Origin: a virus
DNA: 64,000 nt
IMG/VR virus record: IMGVR_UViG_3300045988_169460
Direction: 5' to 3' (one strand)
A model generated the notes under the pieces. The model was not told the origin of the DNA. It saw only the letters and a program-made list of their open reading frames with translations, and made no database searches. The position numbers and the translations under genes are program-made. Of the stretch, positions 42,323 to 51,162 are shown piece after piece. Numbering within the stretch: position 1 is the first letter of the stretch; every line of letters begins with the position of its first letter.

Positions 42323-43492
42323 ATGTTAAATTGCAAAATTTGCGGTAATGAAATTAGTGGAGCTTATACAATTTATCAAAAAGACGGAGTAGAATATCCA
42401 GCACACATTGAATGTGTCGAAGAAAACAAGCAACATTGTGATGAGTGCAATAAGTTTTTTGATAGAGAAGATTTAAAAACTACAACATTAGGAAACCATT
42501 ATTGCCCAGATTGTTTGTCTGAAAAAACTGTAGTTTGTGGAAAATGCGGTAAACACGTAGAAAATGCACCATTGAAAAGAGTAAATAGTGTATCTTATTG
42601 TCAAGAGTGCTTTGAACAGAAATGGGTATATTGTGTAAAATGTGGTAAAAGGGTTTTAAGAAGCAGAGCAAAAAATTTAAATAATACACATTATTGCGCT
42701 TCATGTGCTAGTTCTGTTGTTAAGGTAGAAAATTATAGTTACAAACCTACCCCTATATTTTGTGGTGTAGATAGTTCTCGTTATTTTGGTATTGAAGTCG
42801 AAACTGAGGGCAGAAAAAGTAATCTTTATGCAGAAGAAATTATTGGAGGTTCAAAAATTTTCTATGCAAAACATGATGGCAGTTTAAATAATGGAATTGA
42901 ATTTGTAAGTCATCCTTGCACTCTTAACTATTGGAGAGAGGAATCCAAGCTTGATGAATTTTGTAAAAGAGCGATTGGTTTAGGATTTAACTCTCATAAA
43001 ACTACTTCTTGTGGATTGCATGTTCATATTACTAAATCTACAGTAGAAAGGGAAGCTTTTGAAAAAGTGCTTCTGTTTTTAAGCAATAACTGGGATGATG
43101 TGGTGAAATTTACACGCCGTAAAAGTTCCAGCATTAATAGATGGGCGGCTAATAATTTAGGGGATGCACCAATGATTAAAACTTGTACTCTTGCACAAAA
43201 AATGAAATTAGTAAAAGAGTATTCTTCTGGCAGTCGTTATGTAGCAGTAAATGAAACATCTAAGACATATGAATTCCGTATTTTTAGAGGAACTTTAAAA
43301 CCTGAAACTATTTTAGCTTGCATTGAGTTTTGTGATGCTCTTATCAATTTATGTGCTAGTTTGCCTTTTGCAAACATTGAAACAGCTAATTTTAATACTT
43401 TAATAGAATTTGCAAAACCTAAAGGATGCTATAAAGAGCTTGTAGAATATTGGGAAACTCGAACAATGAAGAAGAATGTTGTTATTGAATAA
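42323..43492 (+). CDS. amidoligase (glutamine-synthetase-like COOH-NH2 ligase, Amidoligase_2-type) with an N-terminal array of about four zinc ribbons, copy 1
   Basis: Eight CxxC pairs in the first ~130 aa. Then FGIEVETEG, HDGSLNNGIEFVSHP, CGLHVHI, YEFRIFRGTL. Confidence 0.65.
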   Translation: MLNCKICGNEISGAYTIYQKDGVEYPAHIECVEENKQHCDECNKFFDREDLKTTTLGNHYCPDCLSEKTVVCGKCGKHVENAPLKRVNSVSYCQECFEQKWVYCVKCGKRVLRSRAKNLNNTHYCASCASSVVKVENYSYKPTPIFCGVDSSRYFGIEVETEGRKSNLYAEEIIGGSKIFYAKHDGSLNNGIEFVSHPCTLNYWREESKLDEFCKRAIGLGFNSHKTTSCGLHVHITKSTVEREAFEKVLLFLSNNWDDVVKFTRRKSSSINRWAANNLGDAPMIKTCTLAQKMKLVKEYSSGSRYVAVNETSKTYEFRIFRGTLKPETILACIEFCDALINLCASLPFANIETANFNTLIEFAKPKGCYKELVEYWETRTMKKNVVIE

Positions 43493-43528
43493 AAAACTTT
43501 TATACTTAAAGAAAGCAGAGTGATATAA

Positions 43529-44137
43529 ATGTGTATTGTAATTTACCAACCTAAAGGAAAGCAAGTGCAAAAAGCAATTTTACAGAAAGCATTTGAAAAC
43601 AATCCTGATGGTGCAGGATTTATGGTTCAAAAAGATAAAGAAGCACCATATATGATGAAGGGATTTTTTGATTTTGATAAATTTTATAAATCATATCTTC
43701 CATTTTCTAAAGGGGATTATAACGTAGCAATTCATTTTAGAATTGCTACACATGGAACAGTAAACAAAGATAACTGTCATCCATTTAAAATTTCTTCTGA
43801 TATTGCTGATACTGTTTTATTTAATGGCAGGGCAGATTCGCTGATAATGCATAATGGCATTATTAGTAGCATTATGACACCAAGAAATCTGCCATATAGT
43901 GATACAATGAATTTTATTGCAAAGATTTTATGTTGGATGAAAGACCTTAAATCTAAAGATTTGACAGAAGTATTAAAAAACCTCGAAAGTTATTCAAAGT
44001 TTTGTATAATGAGAAAAGGATTTGACCCCATTCTAGCGGGGCTTTTTATTGAAGATAGAGGTATTTTTTATAGCAATTCAACTTATAAATATAGTTATGT
44101 TAATACTTTTCAAAATTGTAAAACTTATTTAAATTAA
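43529..44137 (+). CDS. Ntn-type (class II) glutamine amidotransferase-like protein, copy 2
   Basis: MCIVIYQP, NPDGAGFM, HFRIATHG...NCHPF. Lies 37 nt after the amidoligase. Confidence 0.65.
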   Translation: MCIVIYQPKGKQVQKAILQKAFENNPDGAGFMVQKDKEAPYMMKGFFDFDKFYKSYLPFSKGDYNVAIHFRIATHGTVNKDNCHPFKISSDIADTVLFNGRADSLIMHNGIISSIMTPRNLPYSDTMNFIAKILCWMKDLKSKDLTEVLKNLESYSKFCIMRKGFDPILAGLFIEDRGIFYSNSTYKYSYVNTFQNCKTYLN

Positions 44138-44148
44138 GGAGGGTAAAA

Positions 44149-44451
44149 ATGGAAACGAGAAATTATATAAGCGAAGAGCTTTTTCAAAAAATGAAAGAAG
44201 CTTTAACTAAAAATGATGATACATTTTGTGATTTTTCCAGTGATGTAACTGTTATGTTAACTGTTCCAAAAACTTTAAGTAAATTTACAGTTTCCAAGAA
44301 AGTATTTCGTATTCGTATTAAAGATAATTGGTTTAGTGTAGATGCAAAAAGATTAAAAAGTCTCTCCTATGCGATACTAAATAAAAGATTAAATAGAACA
44401 ATATTAGCGGCAGAAGATGCTCCTGATGAAATCATTGCTTTTTGCGAATGA
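44149..44451 (+). CDS. hypothetical protein
   Basis: ATG after AAGGAGGG. Confidence 0.45.
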   Translation: METRNYISEELFQKMKEALTKNDDTFCDFSSDVTVMLTVPKTLSKFTVSKKVFRIRIKDNWFSVDAKRLKSLSYAILNKRLNRTILAAEDAPDEIIAFCE

Positions 44452-44894
44452 AAACATTTAGAGGAATAATGGAAGTATCGTCACAAGTGTGCATAGGGGA
44501 TATTTTTAATCCAAATCTTGTATTTGATACTTCCAAAGGTATTTATAAATGTTATGTAGAAGAAGAAAATGCTGAAATTATAGCAATATATCTAATAAAA
44601 GAAGGATATAAAAATCCTGAAATAACAAATAACTATTCTATCATTCTTAGTCCTTCAACTTTTATTGGATTTTTTAACAACGACTACAGTACAAAAAAAG
44701 CACAAAATATCAAAGAAGCAAGTCAATATGAATTACCTAAAGAATATGTAATAGAAAACGCATTAAAAAATTCAATTATAAATTTGCCTATTGTAACTTT
44801 AAAATATTTTGTAGCCTGTTTAAAAACAAAAAATTATGTATTATATAGAGGCAAGCATGGATTTAAAATAGCGAAATTGGAGGAGTGCTTATGA
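44448..44894 (+). CDS. hypothetical protein
   Basis: ATGA overlap. Confidence 0.45.
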   Translation: MKTFRGIMEVSSQVCIGDIFNPNLVFDTSKGIYKCYVEEENAEIIAIYLIKEGYKNPEITNNYSIILSPSTFIGFFNNDYSTKKAQNIKEASQYELPKEYVIENALKNSIINLPIVTLKYFVACLKTKNYVLYRGKHGFKIAKLEECL

Positions 44895-45298
44895 TAGAAA
44901 CTTATCAAAGCTCAAATGACATTAGTTTTGGAGATGTATTTAAATTTGTAAAAGATTGCTATTATAAAGGCATGAGAATTCCTAAAGGGACTTTAGCTAC
45001 AGTAACTTTTTCTATACCTTATAAGGGTTATTGGACAGTAAAAGTAAATGAAGTAATGGTTCAAGTCAGAGAAGATGATATAGTTTTCCATGCTTCTTTG
45101 AAGGATTGTTTAAAAGTAGGGACAGTAGTATCATTTTACAATATGGGTAAAAAAGTAAAAGGAGTAATTGAGAATTTAGAAAATACTAAAGAGGCTAAGA
45201 TTATTACAGGACATAATTGTTATGTCGTTTTACCTCTTACAAGACTTTCTTTACTTCTACCAAGAACTAAAGATTGGTCTTACGTAAAAAAAGATTAA
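44891..45298 (+). CDS. hypothetical protein
   Basis: ATG after GGAGGAG. Confidence 0.45.
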   Translation: MIETYQSSNDISFGDVFKFVKDCYYKGMRIPKGTLATVTFSIPYKGYWTVKVNEVMVQVREDDIVFHASLKDCLKVGTVVSFYNMGKKVKGVIENLENTKEAKIITGHNCYVVLPLTRLSLLLPRTKDWSYVKKD

Positions 45299-45302
45299 TT
45301 AT

Positions 45303-45400
45303 ACAGCAAATAAAGATTATTATTAAAGTATCTAATACACATTATAGACGTGTATTTTAAAACTTAATAAATTTAATCTTTATTTGCTGTTTTTATTTTT
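45303..45400 (+). terminator. long compound hairpin followed by a T-run
   Basis: 17-bp stem ACAGCAAATAAAGATTA / TAATCTTTATTTGCTGT encloses an inner hairpin (AATACAC/GTGTATT) and is followed by TTTTTATTTTT. Confidence 0.6.
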
Positions 45401-45558
45401 ATTAAAATGGAGCAGAAAATAACAAATGCACATTATTTTAAACATACCTTTCAGACGCATATATTTGACCTCTGAGGAGTTTTATAGAGTTTTAGGGAGG
45501 ATTACTCTTGCGAAGAATAAAACTCCTCAGAAGTGAAATTTGAGCATTAAATTAAAAG

Positions 45559-45587
45559 TTGACAATAGAAATTGAGTATGGTATAAT
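45559..45587 (+). promoter_or_regulatory. sigma-A-type promoter (TTGACA-17-TGgTATAAT)
   Basis: Consensus boxes. Confidence 0.65.
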
Positions 45588-45604
45588 AAAGGCGAGGTGA
45601 AGAT

Positions 45605-45763
45605 ATGGAAAAATTAACAAAAGTAATGAAAAATGGAAAGCTTTATAGAATTTTATTAAATGTTAGTGGTTATTGTATTATTCAAGATTTAGAAACAAAT
45701 GCGATTGAATTTGCAGATGAAAAAGAATTGGATTTTAAAGAAGGAGTGAATGAAAATGATTAG
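45605..45763 (+). CDS. small hypothetical protein (52 aa)
   Basis: ATG after GAGGTGA. Below the track cutoff. Confidence 0.4.
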   Translation: MEKLTKVMKNGKLYRILLNVSGYCIIQDLETNAIEFADEKELDFKEGVNEND

Positions 45764-46053
45764 TCCGTGGACAATTTATTGGTTAGGAGTTTTAGAGTCT
45801 TTACAGAGCACTATTTTTATAATTTTAAGTGTATTTACTATAGTGCTTGTTATACATGGAATAAATGAACTTACAAAAGATTCAGAAGAAAGAAAGGACA
45901 TCAACATATTAAAAAAAAGGCATTATAATTTGGTTGGTTATGATATTTGTGATAAGCTTTATTCCATCAAAAGAGACAGTAAAGAAAATGTATTTGATTG
46001 ATAACCCAACAAGTAAAATGACTCTTGAAGTATTGGAGGCTGTAAAAGAATGA
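45750..46053 (+). pseudogene. membrane protein paralogue of 2482-2859, frameshifted at an A8 run (45911-45918)
   Basis: Frame 0 gives MKMISPWTIYW...ILKK. The +1 frame after the A-run gives GIIIWLVMIFVISFIPSKETVKKMYL..., which matches the paralogue (PSKETAYKMII). Loss of one A restores a single ORF. Confidence 0.5.
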
Positions 46054-46301
46054 TTTTGACTATAATGATTCCTTTTAATATTGGAGATAAAGTAAAGGCT
46101 TCAGAAGTATATTTTCTAAAGCCTTTTTGTACTGTAAGTGACATTCAAAACGCTGATTCTTTCAGGGAAGTATTAGTTATAGATGTTAAAAATAATATCA
46201 AAGGTAATTTGCAAGTTTTAGTTGAACTTTCTGATTTAACGAGGAGATGGATTCCGATTTGGATTATTCGTTTATGGGGGCAACTATATGATGAAATTTA
46301 A
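46050..46301 (+). CDS. hypothetical protein
   Basis: ORF track. Confidence 0.45.
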   Translation: MILTIMIPFNIGDKVKASEVYFLKPFCTVSDIQNADSFREVLVIDVKNNIKGNLQVLVELSDLTRRWIPIWIIRLWGQLYDEI

Positions 46302-46548
46302 ATATGAGAAAGCAACAGATATTTTACCTATCAATGGTGTTTTAGCTTGTACTATTAATGGATTATTAGAGAAAGATTTATTTAAGAAGCTTATAGAGAA
46401 ATCGTCATTAGAATATACAGAGCAGGAAGTAGATAAAAGTTATATTTATCGCATTAGTGTCACTACTTCTAAAGATTTAGAAAAGACATATTCTTTAGTT
46501 CATTCATTTGGGCTTTATTTAGGCGAATTTAATACTTTAAGGATGTGA
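46288..46548 (+). CDS. hypothetical protein
   Basis: ORF track. Confidence 0.45.
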   Translation: MMKFKYEKATDILPINGVLACTINGLLEKDLFKKLIEKSSLEYTEQEVDKSYIYRISVTTSKDLEKTYSLVHSFGLYLGEFNTLRM

Positions 46549-46554
46549 AATAAT

Positions 46555-46722
46555 TTGATAAAAGAATTTAAAGTAACAATTAAAAAAACAGTTGAATATA
46601 CTACTTATTTAACTCTTAATCATTTACAAGATGCTTATGAAGAAGCCGAGCGGGAAATGGATAGATTAGATATTAGTGAATATGAAGAAGTAGATAGTGA
46701 AATAACAGTGGAGGAGCAATAA
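46555..46722 (+). CDS. small acidic protein, PcfM/DpnD-like (55 aa)
   Basis: TTG start. The pattern KEFKVTIKKTVEYTTYL...AYEEAERE resembles 56726-56905(-) and 57329-57526(-). Confidence 0.35.
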   Translation: MIKEFKVTIKKTVEYTTYLTLNHLQDAYEEAEREMDRLDISEYEEVDSEITVEEQ

Positions 46723-46723
46723 A

Positions 46724-46906
46724 ATGTTGTGCTATAAAGATATGTCATTTTGTTCTGCTAGCTACAAAGAAGCAGAAAAACCTTGTATTTGCACTGAATG
46801 TTTTAGGCATTTAAGCAAAGTTCCTGAAAATTTGCCTGATTATATGCCAGTAGCTGTATCTGATTTCTCTAAAGAATGTGAGGAATACAAATATGCGAGA
46901 ATTTAA
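46724..46906 (+). CDS. small Cys-rich protein
   Basis: ORF track. Confidence 0.45.
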   Translation: MLCYKDMSFCSASYKEAEKPCICTECFRHLSKVPENLPDYMPVAVSDFSKECEEYKYARI

Positions 46907-47132
46907 AATAGGAGACAGTGTTTTAATAAGAACAGATTTAGTAGTAAATCATGTATATAGGACTAATAATGGTGCTCAACGTGCTTATTTTGCAAAACAA
47001 ATGACAAAGTATAAAGGGAAGAAATTATTAATAGTAGGCAAGGATTATAAAGGTTATATATGTTCTTATAACGAAGAAGTTCTTGGTTGGACTTTTGTAA
47101 ATGAAATGTTTGAAGATATTGAATGGGAATAA
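46893..47132 (+). CDS. WE-tail protein, body family C (ends DIEWE)
   Basis: ATG after GAGGAA. Confidence 0.55.
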   Translation: MREFKIGDSVLIRTDLVVNHVYRTNNGAQRAYFAKQMTKYKGKKLLIVGKDYKGYICSYNEEVLGWTFVNEMFEDIEWE

Positions 47133-47138
47133 GAGGTA

Positions 47139-47167
47139 TTGACTTTTAAGCTTTATTGTGGTATAAT
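47139..47167 (+). promoter_or_regulatory. sigma-A-type promoter (TTGACT-17-TGgTATAAT)
   Basis: Near-consensus boxes. Confidence 0.6.
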
Positions 47168-47187
47168 AAATTCATAGGAGAAATGAA

Positions 47188-47394
47188 ATGACAAAAGTTG
47201 AATTATTTAATAAATTTTTAGAGGATAGTGATGCAACAATAACAATATCTTTCTTATTCTGTAAAGAAAATTATGGTTTATTTTTCAAACATAGAAATTT
47301 AGCTTGTATCTTATCTTTATGGCATTTTCAAATTTTAATTCATAAAGGAGATTTATTAAAATATTGTTCAGAAAAATTAAAGGAGCGTAAATAG
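47188..47394 (+). CDS. hypothetical protein
   Basis: ATG after TAGGAG. Confidence 0.45.
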   Translation: MTKVELFNKFLEDSDATITISFLFCKENYGLFFKHRNLACILSLWHFQILIHKGDLLKYCSEKLKERK

Positions 47395-47396
47395 AA

Positions 47397-47723
47397 ATGG
47401 AAACAGTACAATTAGAGCAAATAGCAAATAACTTAATAGCTAAATTAGAACCAGCATGTGTAGAAGTATTAAATCAAGGAGCAAATTTTGTAGCAACAGA
47501 AGCTTTATATTTAGTTATTATAAACATTGTATTTTTTATGGTTTGTTTTATTGGCATTTGGCTTGCTTCAAATATAAGAGATACAGATATTCAAGAAGTT
47601 ACAATAGCCGTACTTTTAGTAGGTGCTCTTTTATCAGCGGCTAATTTTCTCTTAACTTTTTCGCATAATATGGCTACAATTCAATATCCTATGGGGTATT
47701 TAATAGTAAATGTATTAAAATGA
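47397..47723 (+). CDS. membrane protein
   Basis: Two TM segments. Confidence 0.45.
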   Translation: METVQLEQIANNLIAKLEPACVEVLNQGANFVATEALYLVIINIVFFMVCFIGIWLASNIRDTDIQEVTIAVLLVGALLSAANFLLTFSHNMATIQYPMGYLIVNVLK

Positions 47724-47724
47724 G

Positions 47725-48018
47725 GTGATAAAAATGAATTTTGAAAAAGCGTTAAAAAAAGTAAAAGACATCGTATGGAAATGGCAGTTTTCTGAAAAGA
47801 GAGAGGCATTTATTCAGGTTATAGTAGCCGCTCAAAAACAAATTCCAAAATTAGCAAAAGTAAGTGTAGTACCTCAATATATTGAAGGAAGGGAAATGCC
47901 TAAATTAGTTCCTGTAGATGTACGTTGTCCTGAATGCGATTCTATAGTATCCATAAGAGATAATTATTGTTCAGATTGTGGGCAAGCTCTTAGTTTTGAT
48001 TTTAAGGAGGGGCATTAA
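47725..48018 (+). CDS. zinc-ribbon protein
   Basis: CPECDS...NYCSDCG. Confidence 0.45.
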   Translation: MIKMNFEKALKKVKDIVWKWQFSEKREAFIQVIVAAQKQIPKLAKVSVVPQYIEGREMPKLVPVDVRCPECDSIVSIRDNYCSDCGQALSFDFKEGH

Positions 48019-48431
48019 TGTATAGCAAGTATATCCAACAATTTTTAGAAGATAATGATTTACAAGCAGGTGAAAAATTTTATATTTTGGGAGAAGATGG
48101 TGAGGAATTAAATGGCAAAAGTAACTATTATTTTAAAATAAATCCAGAGAGCACACTTGATATTTTAAAATGTGATAGTGATAGAACTTGTCAGGATTTT
48201 GTTTTATTAAGATTATTGACTGAAAAGTATAAAGTGAAGAAAACACCTTTTCATCCTAAAAAACATGAAACGTTTTATTATGTAACTGTTCAAGGAGATA
48301 TTGAAGAAGAAGACTTTTATGAGGGATATACATTTCATTATTTATTATGTAAACTAGGAAAATGCTATAAGACTTATAAGGAAGCAGAAAAACATGTAGA
48401 AGAAGATGTTAAATTTTATAAAAATATGTAA
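48018..48431 (+). CDS. hypothetical protein; paralogue of 4436-4846 and 57764-58177(-)
   Basis: The N-terminal 53 nt are identical, in inverted orientation, to 58107-58159. Confidence 0.55.
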   Translation: MYSKYIQQFLEDNDLQAGEKFYILGEDGEELNGKSNYYFKINPESTLDILKCDSDRTCQDFVLLRLLTEKYKVKKTPFHPKKHETFYYVTVQGDIEEEDFYEGYTFHYLLCKLGKCYKTYKEAEKHVEEDVKFYKNM

Positions 48432-48445
48432 AAAGGGTGAAGAAT

Positions 48446-48604
48446 ATGACAAAACAAGAAATTATAGACTTTATTAGAGAAGCTATTGAGTTAAAAAATA
48501 AAACAGAAGGTGTATTAACTACCACTCAATATAGACATGTAGAAGAATTTGTTGATATGTGTGAAGATTGGGTAAATTATCTAAATAGAATTGAAAGGAA
48601 CTAA
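48446..48604 (+). CDS. small hypothetical protein (52 aa)
   Basis: ATG after AGGGTGA. Below the track cutoff. Confidence 0.4.
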   Translation: MTKQEIIDFIREAIELKNKTEGVLTTTQYRHVEEFVDMCEDWVNYLNRIERN

Positions 48605-48607
48605 GAT

Positions 48608-48961
48608 ATGTGGTTTTCATTTTTTAAAAAAGACAAAGAAATAGAAGAACATGCAGAAAAATTAAATACATTATTTAAACATACGTGTCATTATGAAAGA
48701 ATTGGAGTATATTTTAAAGAAATAGAATCTATAAGTACAGATTTAGTAGTTGTATATGTTATAGAGATTTTAAAGTGTCATTTTTGCGGTAATATGGTAG
48801 AAAATGTTTTAACAAAATCTATATATAAAGTTGATAAAGAACGTGAAGATTTAATAAATTATATAAACTCATTAACAAAACATAAAATACCTTCTGAATT
48901 AAAATACAAACTTGACAATGAGGGGAAATATCTTTATGGACAATATAACTCTATTAAATGA
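48608..48961 (+). CDS. hypothetical protein
   Basis: ORF track. Confidence 0.45.
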   Translation: MWFSFFKKDKEIEEHAEKLNTLFKHTCHYERIGVYFKEIESISTDLVVVYVIEILKCHFCGNMVENVLTKSIYKVDKEREDLINYINSLTKHKIPSELKYKLDNEGKYLYGQYNSIK

Positions 48962-49310
48962 ATTTAGAAATCTTATAAAAGAAGTAAAGCAATTAGAAAG
49001 TATATATGAAGCGGAAATAAATGAAATGGACAAAGCCTTTGGTGATATAAGGCACTTTTGTGAGCTAGATTACCCTGTAGAACGTAAGGGAAAAACGAAA
49101 GTAGTAAAACTTATCAAAGAGTGTAGTGATAAGCGTAGAAAGGCAAAAGACAATTTAGAAATATTAAAGCCACTTATAGCATATATTGATGCACACCCTA
49201 AATTTGTGCAAGATATAGGAGTGGTGGCAAATGAAATGAAAAATATAGAAAGAAAACAACATGGGAGAATATATAGACCGAGGATATTAAAAGAATTATT
49301 TAGTGAGTGA
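48936..49310 (+). CDS. hypothetical protein
   Basis: In-frame ATG after GAGGGGA. Confidence 0.45.
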   Translation: MDNITLLNEFRNLIKEVKQLESIYEAEINEMDKAFGDIRHFCELDYPVERKGKTKVVKLIKECSDKRRKAKDNLEILKPLIAYIDAHPKFVQDIGVVANEMKNIERKQHGRIYRPRILKELFSE

Positions 49311-49316
49311 TAATAA

Positions 49317-49781
49317 ATGATAATATTAAAGAAAACGGAAAGAATAATAAAAGTTCCTACAATGCTTTCTACATCACAACAAAGAAAAAATGATATATTA
49401 GTTGATTTATTACATCGTGCATACCCTTCAATAATACAAGGAGTATTATTACAGCGGTTAAAGAAATCTGAATTAGGAATAATAATGATGTCTCTAACAT
49501 GGAGAGTGGCAGGGGTAAGATATGTACAGCTATCAACAAATTATGGAGCCTCTTTAGTAAAGAGAGAGCAAGCATATAGAAGTATATGCAAAGTAGAGAT
49601 AAATAGAGAATTAATGAGAGATTTATTTTATAGTTTCGCAAATTTTTTTATTTATGATTTTTCTATAAGTGATTATAATAGAATATTTAAGGATTTTCTT
49701 TATACAGGCGATTGGTTTGAAGATTTACATACTTATTTAGGTTATTATATTCGTTATATGAATTTAAAGGAATGGGAGTAA
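49317..49781 (+). CDS. WE-tail protein (ends LKEWE)
   Basis: ORF track. Confidence 0.55.
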   Translation: MIILKKTERIIKVPTMLSTSQQRKNDILVDLLHRAYPSIIQGVLLQRLKKSELGIIMMSLTWRVAGVRYVQLSTNYGASLVKREQAYRSICKVEINRELMRDLFYSFANFFIYDFSISDYNRIFKDFLYTGDWFEDLHTYLGYYIRYMNLKEWE

Positions 49782-49786
49782 GAAAA

Positions 49787-50266
49787 ATGCAACTAACAAA
49801 ATTAGATACTGAACATTTATTGAATTATTTAGTAGGAGAAACTAGAGATGTACAGCTCGTTAACTTACAAATAGTATGTGATATTTTAGAGAGGTTTACA
49901 GGGATAGAAGAGCATATGCCAGGGTTTTTATCTAATTATTTTATGGCTAAGGTAAAACTAGCATTTAGAAGACCTTTAAAAAAGGGTGATTTAGTAATAG
50001 CTAGAAGACGATTTTTAGGAAAAAATAATATTGCTCTATGTGAAGGGGCTGTATGTGAAGTTTTAGAGATATTAGAAGGGCGTAAATTAGCTGTAAGGAA
50101 TATTCATACTAAAATGCCAATAGAAGCTCCAGAAGATTGTTTTAAGCTTTTAGGTGTAAAAGAGGAATGCTGGTCAGAAGAAGAAGAGATAATAGCAAAA
50201 TATGCTAAGGCATTTCCAGATTGGGGATTAATGGCAGAAATAGCGAGAGAAAAAAGGGGTGACTAA
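49787..50266 (+). CDS. hypothetical protein
   Basis: ATG 8 nt after GGGAG. Confidence 0.5.
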   Translation: MQLTKLDTEHLLNYLVGETRDVQLVNLQIVCDILERFTGIEEHMPGFLSNYFMAKVKLAFRRPLKKGDLVIARRRFLGKNNIALCEGAVCEVLEILEGRKLAVRNIHTKMPIEAPEDCFKLLGVKEECWSEEEEIIAKYAKAFPDWGLMAEIAREKRGD

Positions 50267-50268
50267 AA

Positions 50269-50451
50269 ATGAGATATATGGAAATAGAAGAAAAATATAT
50301 GAATAGACTGACAAAAGAGATAAATGTGGCGGCAAAATATGGGTGGGAAGTAGTAACTACAATTTTCAATGGAGAAAAGTATATAGCATTATTAAGAACA
50401 GAATCGAATGAAAGTGTATATAAACCAGAAACATTTAAGTTTAGAGTTTAG
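50269..50451 (+). CDS. small protein (DUF4177-like, tentative)
   Basis: The ...AAKYGWEVVT... motif is shared with 56431-56559(-). Confidence 0.35.
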   Translation: MRYMEIEEKYMNRLTKEINVAAKYGWEVVTTIFNGEKYIALLRTESNESVYKPETFKFRV

Positions 50452-50482
50452 AAAAAAGGGCGGGAAAGAATAAATAAAATAC

Positions 50483-50511
50483 TTGACAATGAGAATAATA
50501 AGTGATATAAT
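50483..50511 (+). promoter_or_regulatory. sigma-A-type promoter (TTGACA-17-TGaTATAAT)
   Basis: Consensus boxes. Confidence 0.65.
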
Positions 50512-50545
50512 ATAGACAAGAGGTAAGGAAAAGGAGATTGATATT

Positions 50546-50728
50546 ATGAAAAAATCATATCAAGTATTTTATTGGATTAAAGCTAATAGACAAGAAACAT
50601 TAAATCACATTTTTATCATGGCGAATAACGCAAAAGAAGCATGCAGAAAATGTAAAGAATTAGTATTAGAAAGAACAGGAAGAGATGCTTTTAGACCCAC
50701 AGTTAATAGTCCATATCCTTATAAATAA
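50546..50728 (+). CDS. small hypothetical protein
   Basis: ATG after AAGGAG. Confidence 0.45.
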   Translation: MKKSYQVFYWIKANRQETLNHIFIMANNAKEACRKCKELVLERTGRDAFRPTVNSPYPYK

Positions 50729-50968
50729 TGAGGGGAAACACAAGGGCGGGAAAATAGGTGAAAATAAGAGCGGGAAGAATATATAAGAAGTATATAGCTA
50801 AGAATAGTATTGATATAGAACATATAGTAGTAAGAGGGTAAAAGAAATAATATTTTATCTGTAACTATAGAAGAAATAAGATATGATTATAAGAACAAAG
50901 AGTTATAATTTGTATAATGCAATTCTGTGCTTACAAAAAAGAAATATTATATAATACACATTTGTATT

Positions 50969-51008
50969 TTTGTATAATACTTATTCATAAATTTGTATAA
51001 TACTTATT
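50969..51008 (+). repeat. direct repeats TTTGTATAATACTTATT x2, plus a degenerate copy at 50909-50920
   Basis: Two 17-nt copies 23 nt apart in a 430-nt non-coding region. Each contains TATAAT. Confidence 0.7.
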
Positions 51009-51162
51009 TGTATTCAAGAAACCTCCCTTTAAAGGCGAATTTGAAAAGCGATTTCAAATTTTGTTGTAAAAACAACAGAATGGTAATTAAAGGTACACAC
51101 GTATGGAGGTAAAAGGGCATAAAGCTAGGTGTAGCAAGGGTTGAAGGGTGTGAGAATAAAAA

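Noticed and set aside
48912-48950. An additional promoter at the TTGACA inside 48608-48961.
   Set aside because: The sequence 17 nt downstream is TATGGA, with no TGn extension. It does not match the otherwise very uniform promoter family.
33772-49790. MGV(R/K)/MGI/MGM N-termini that the ORF track gives to many genes (for example 34020, 37916, 38230, 38499, 38861 and 49772).
   Set aside because: These starts are the ATG inside the upstream GAATGGGAG tail. In each case a better start (ATG, GTG or TTG) lies 5-8 nt after the GGGAG, and the protein families align from that point (MKIIAVDFDGTL, MKKYKETF, MKYKAGD and so on).
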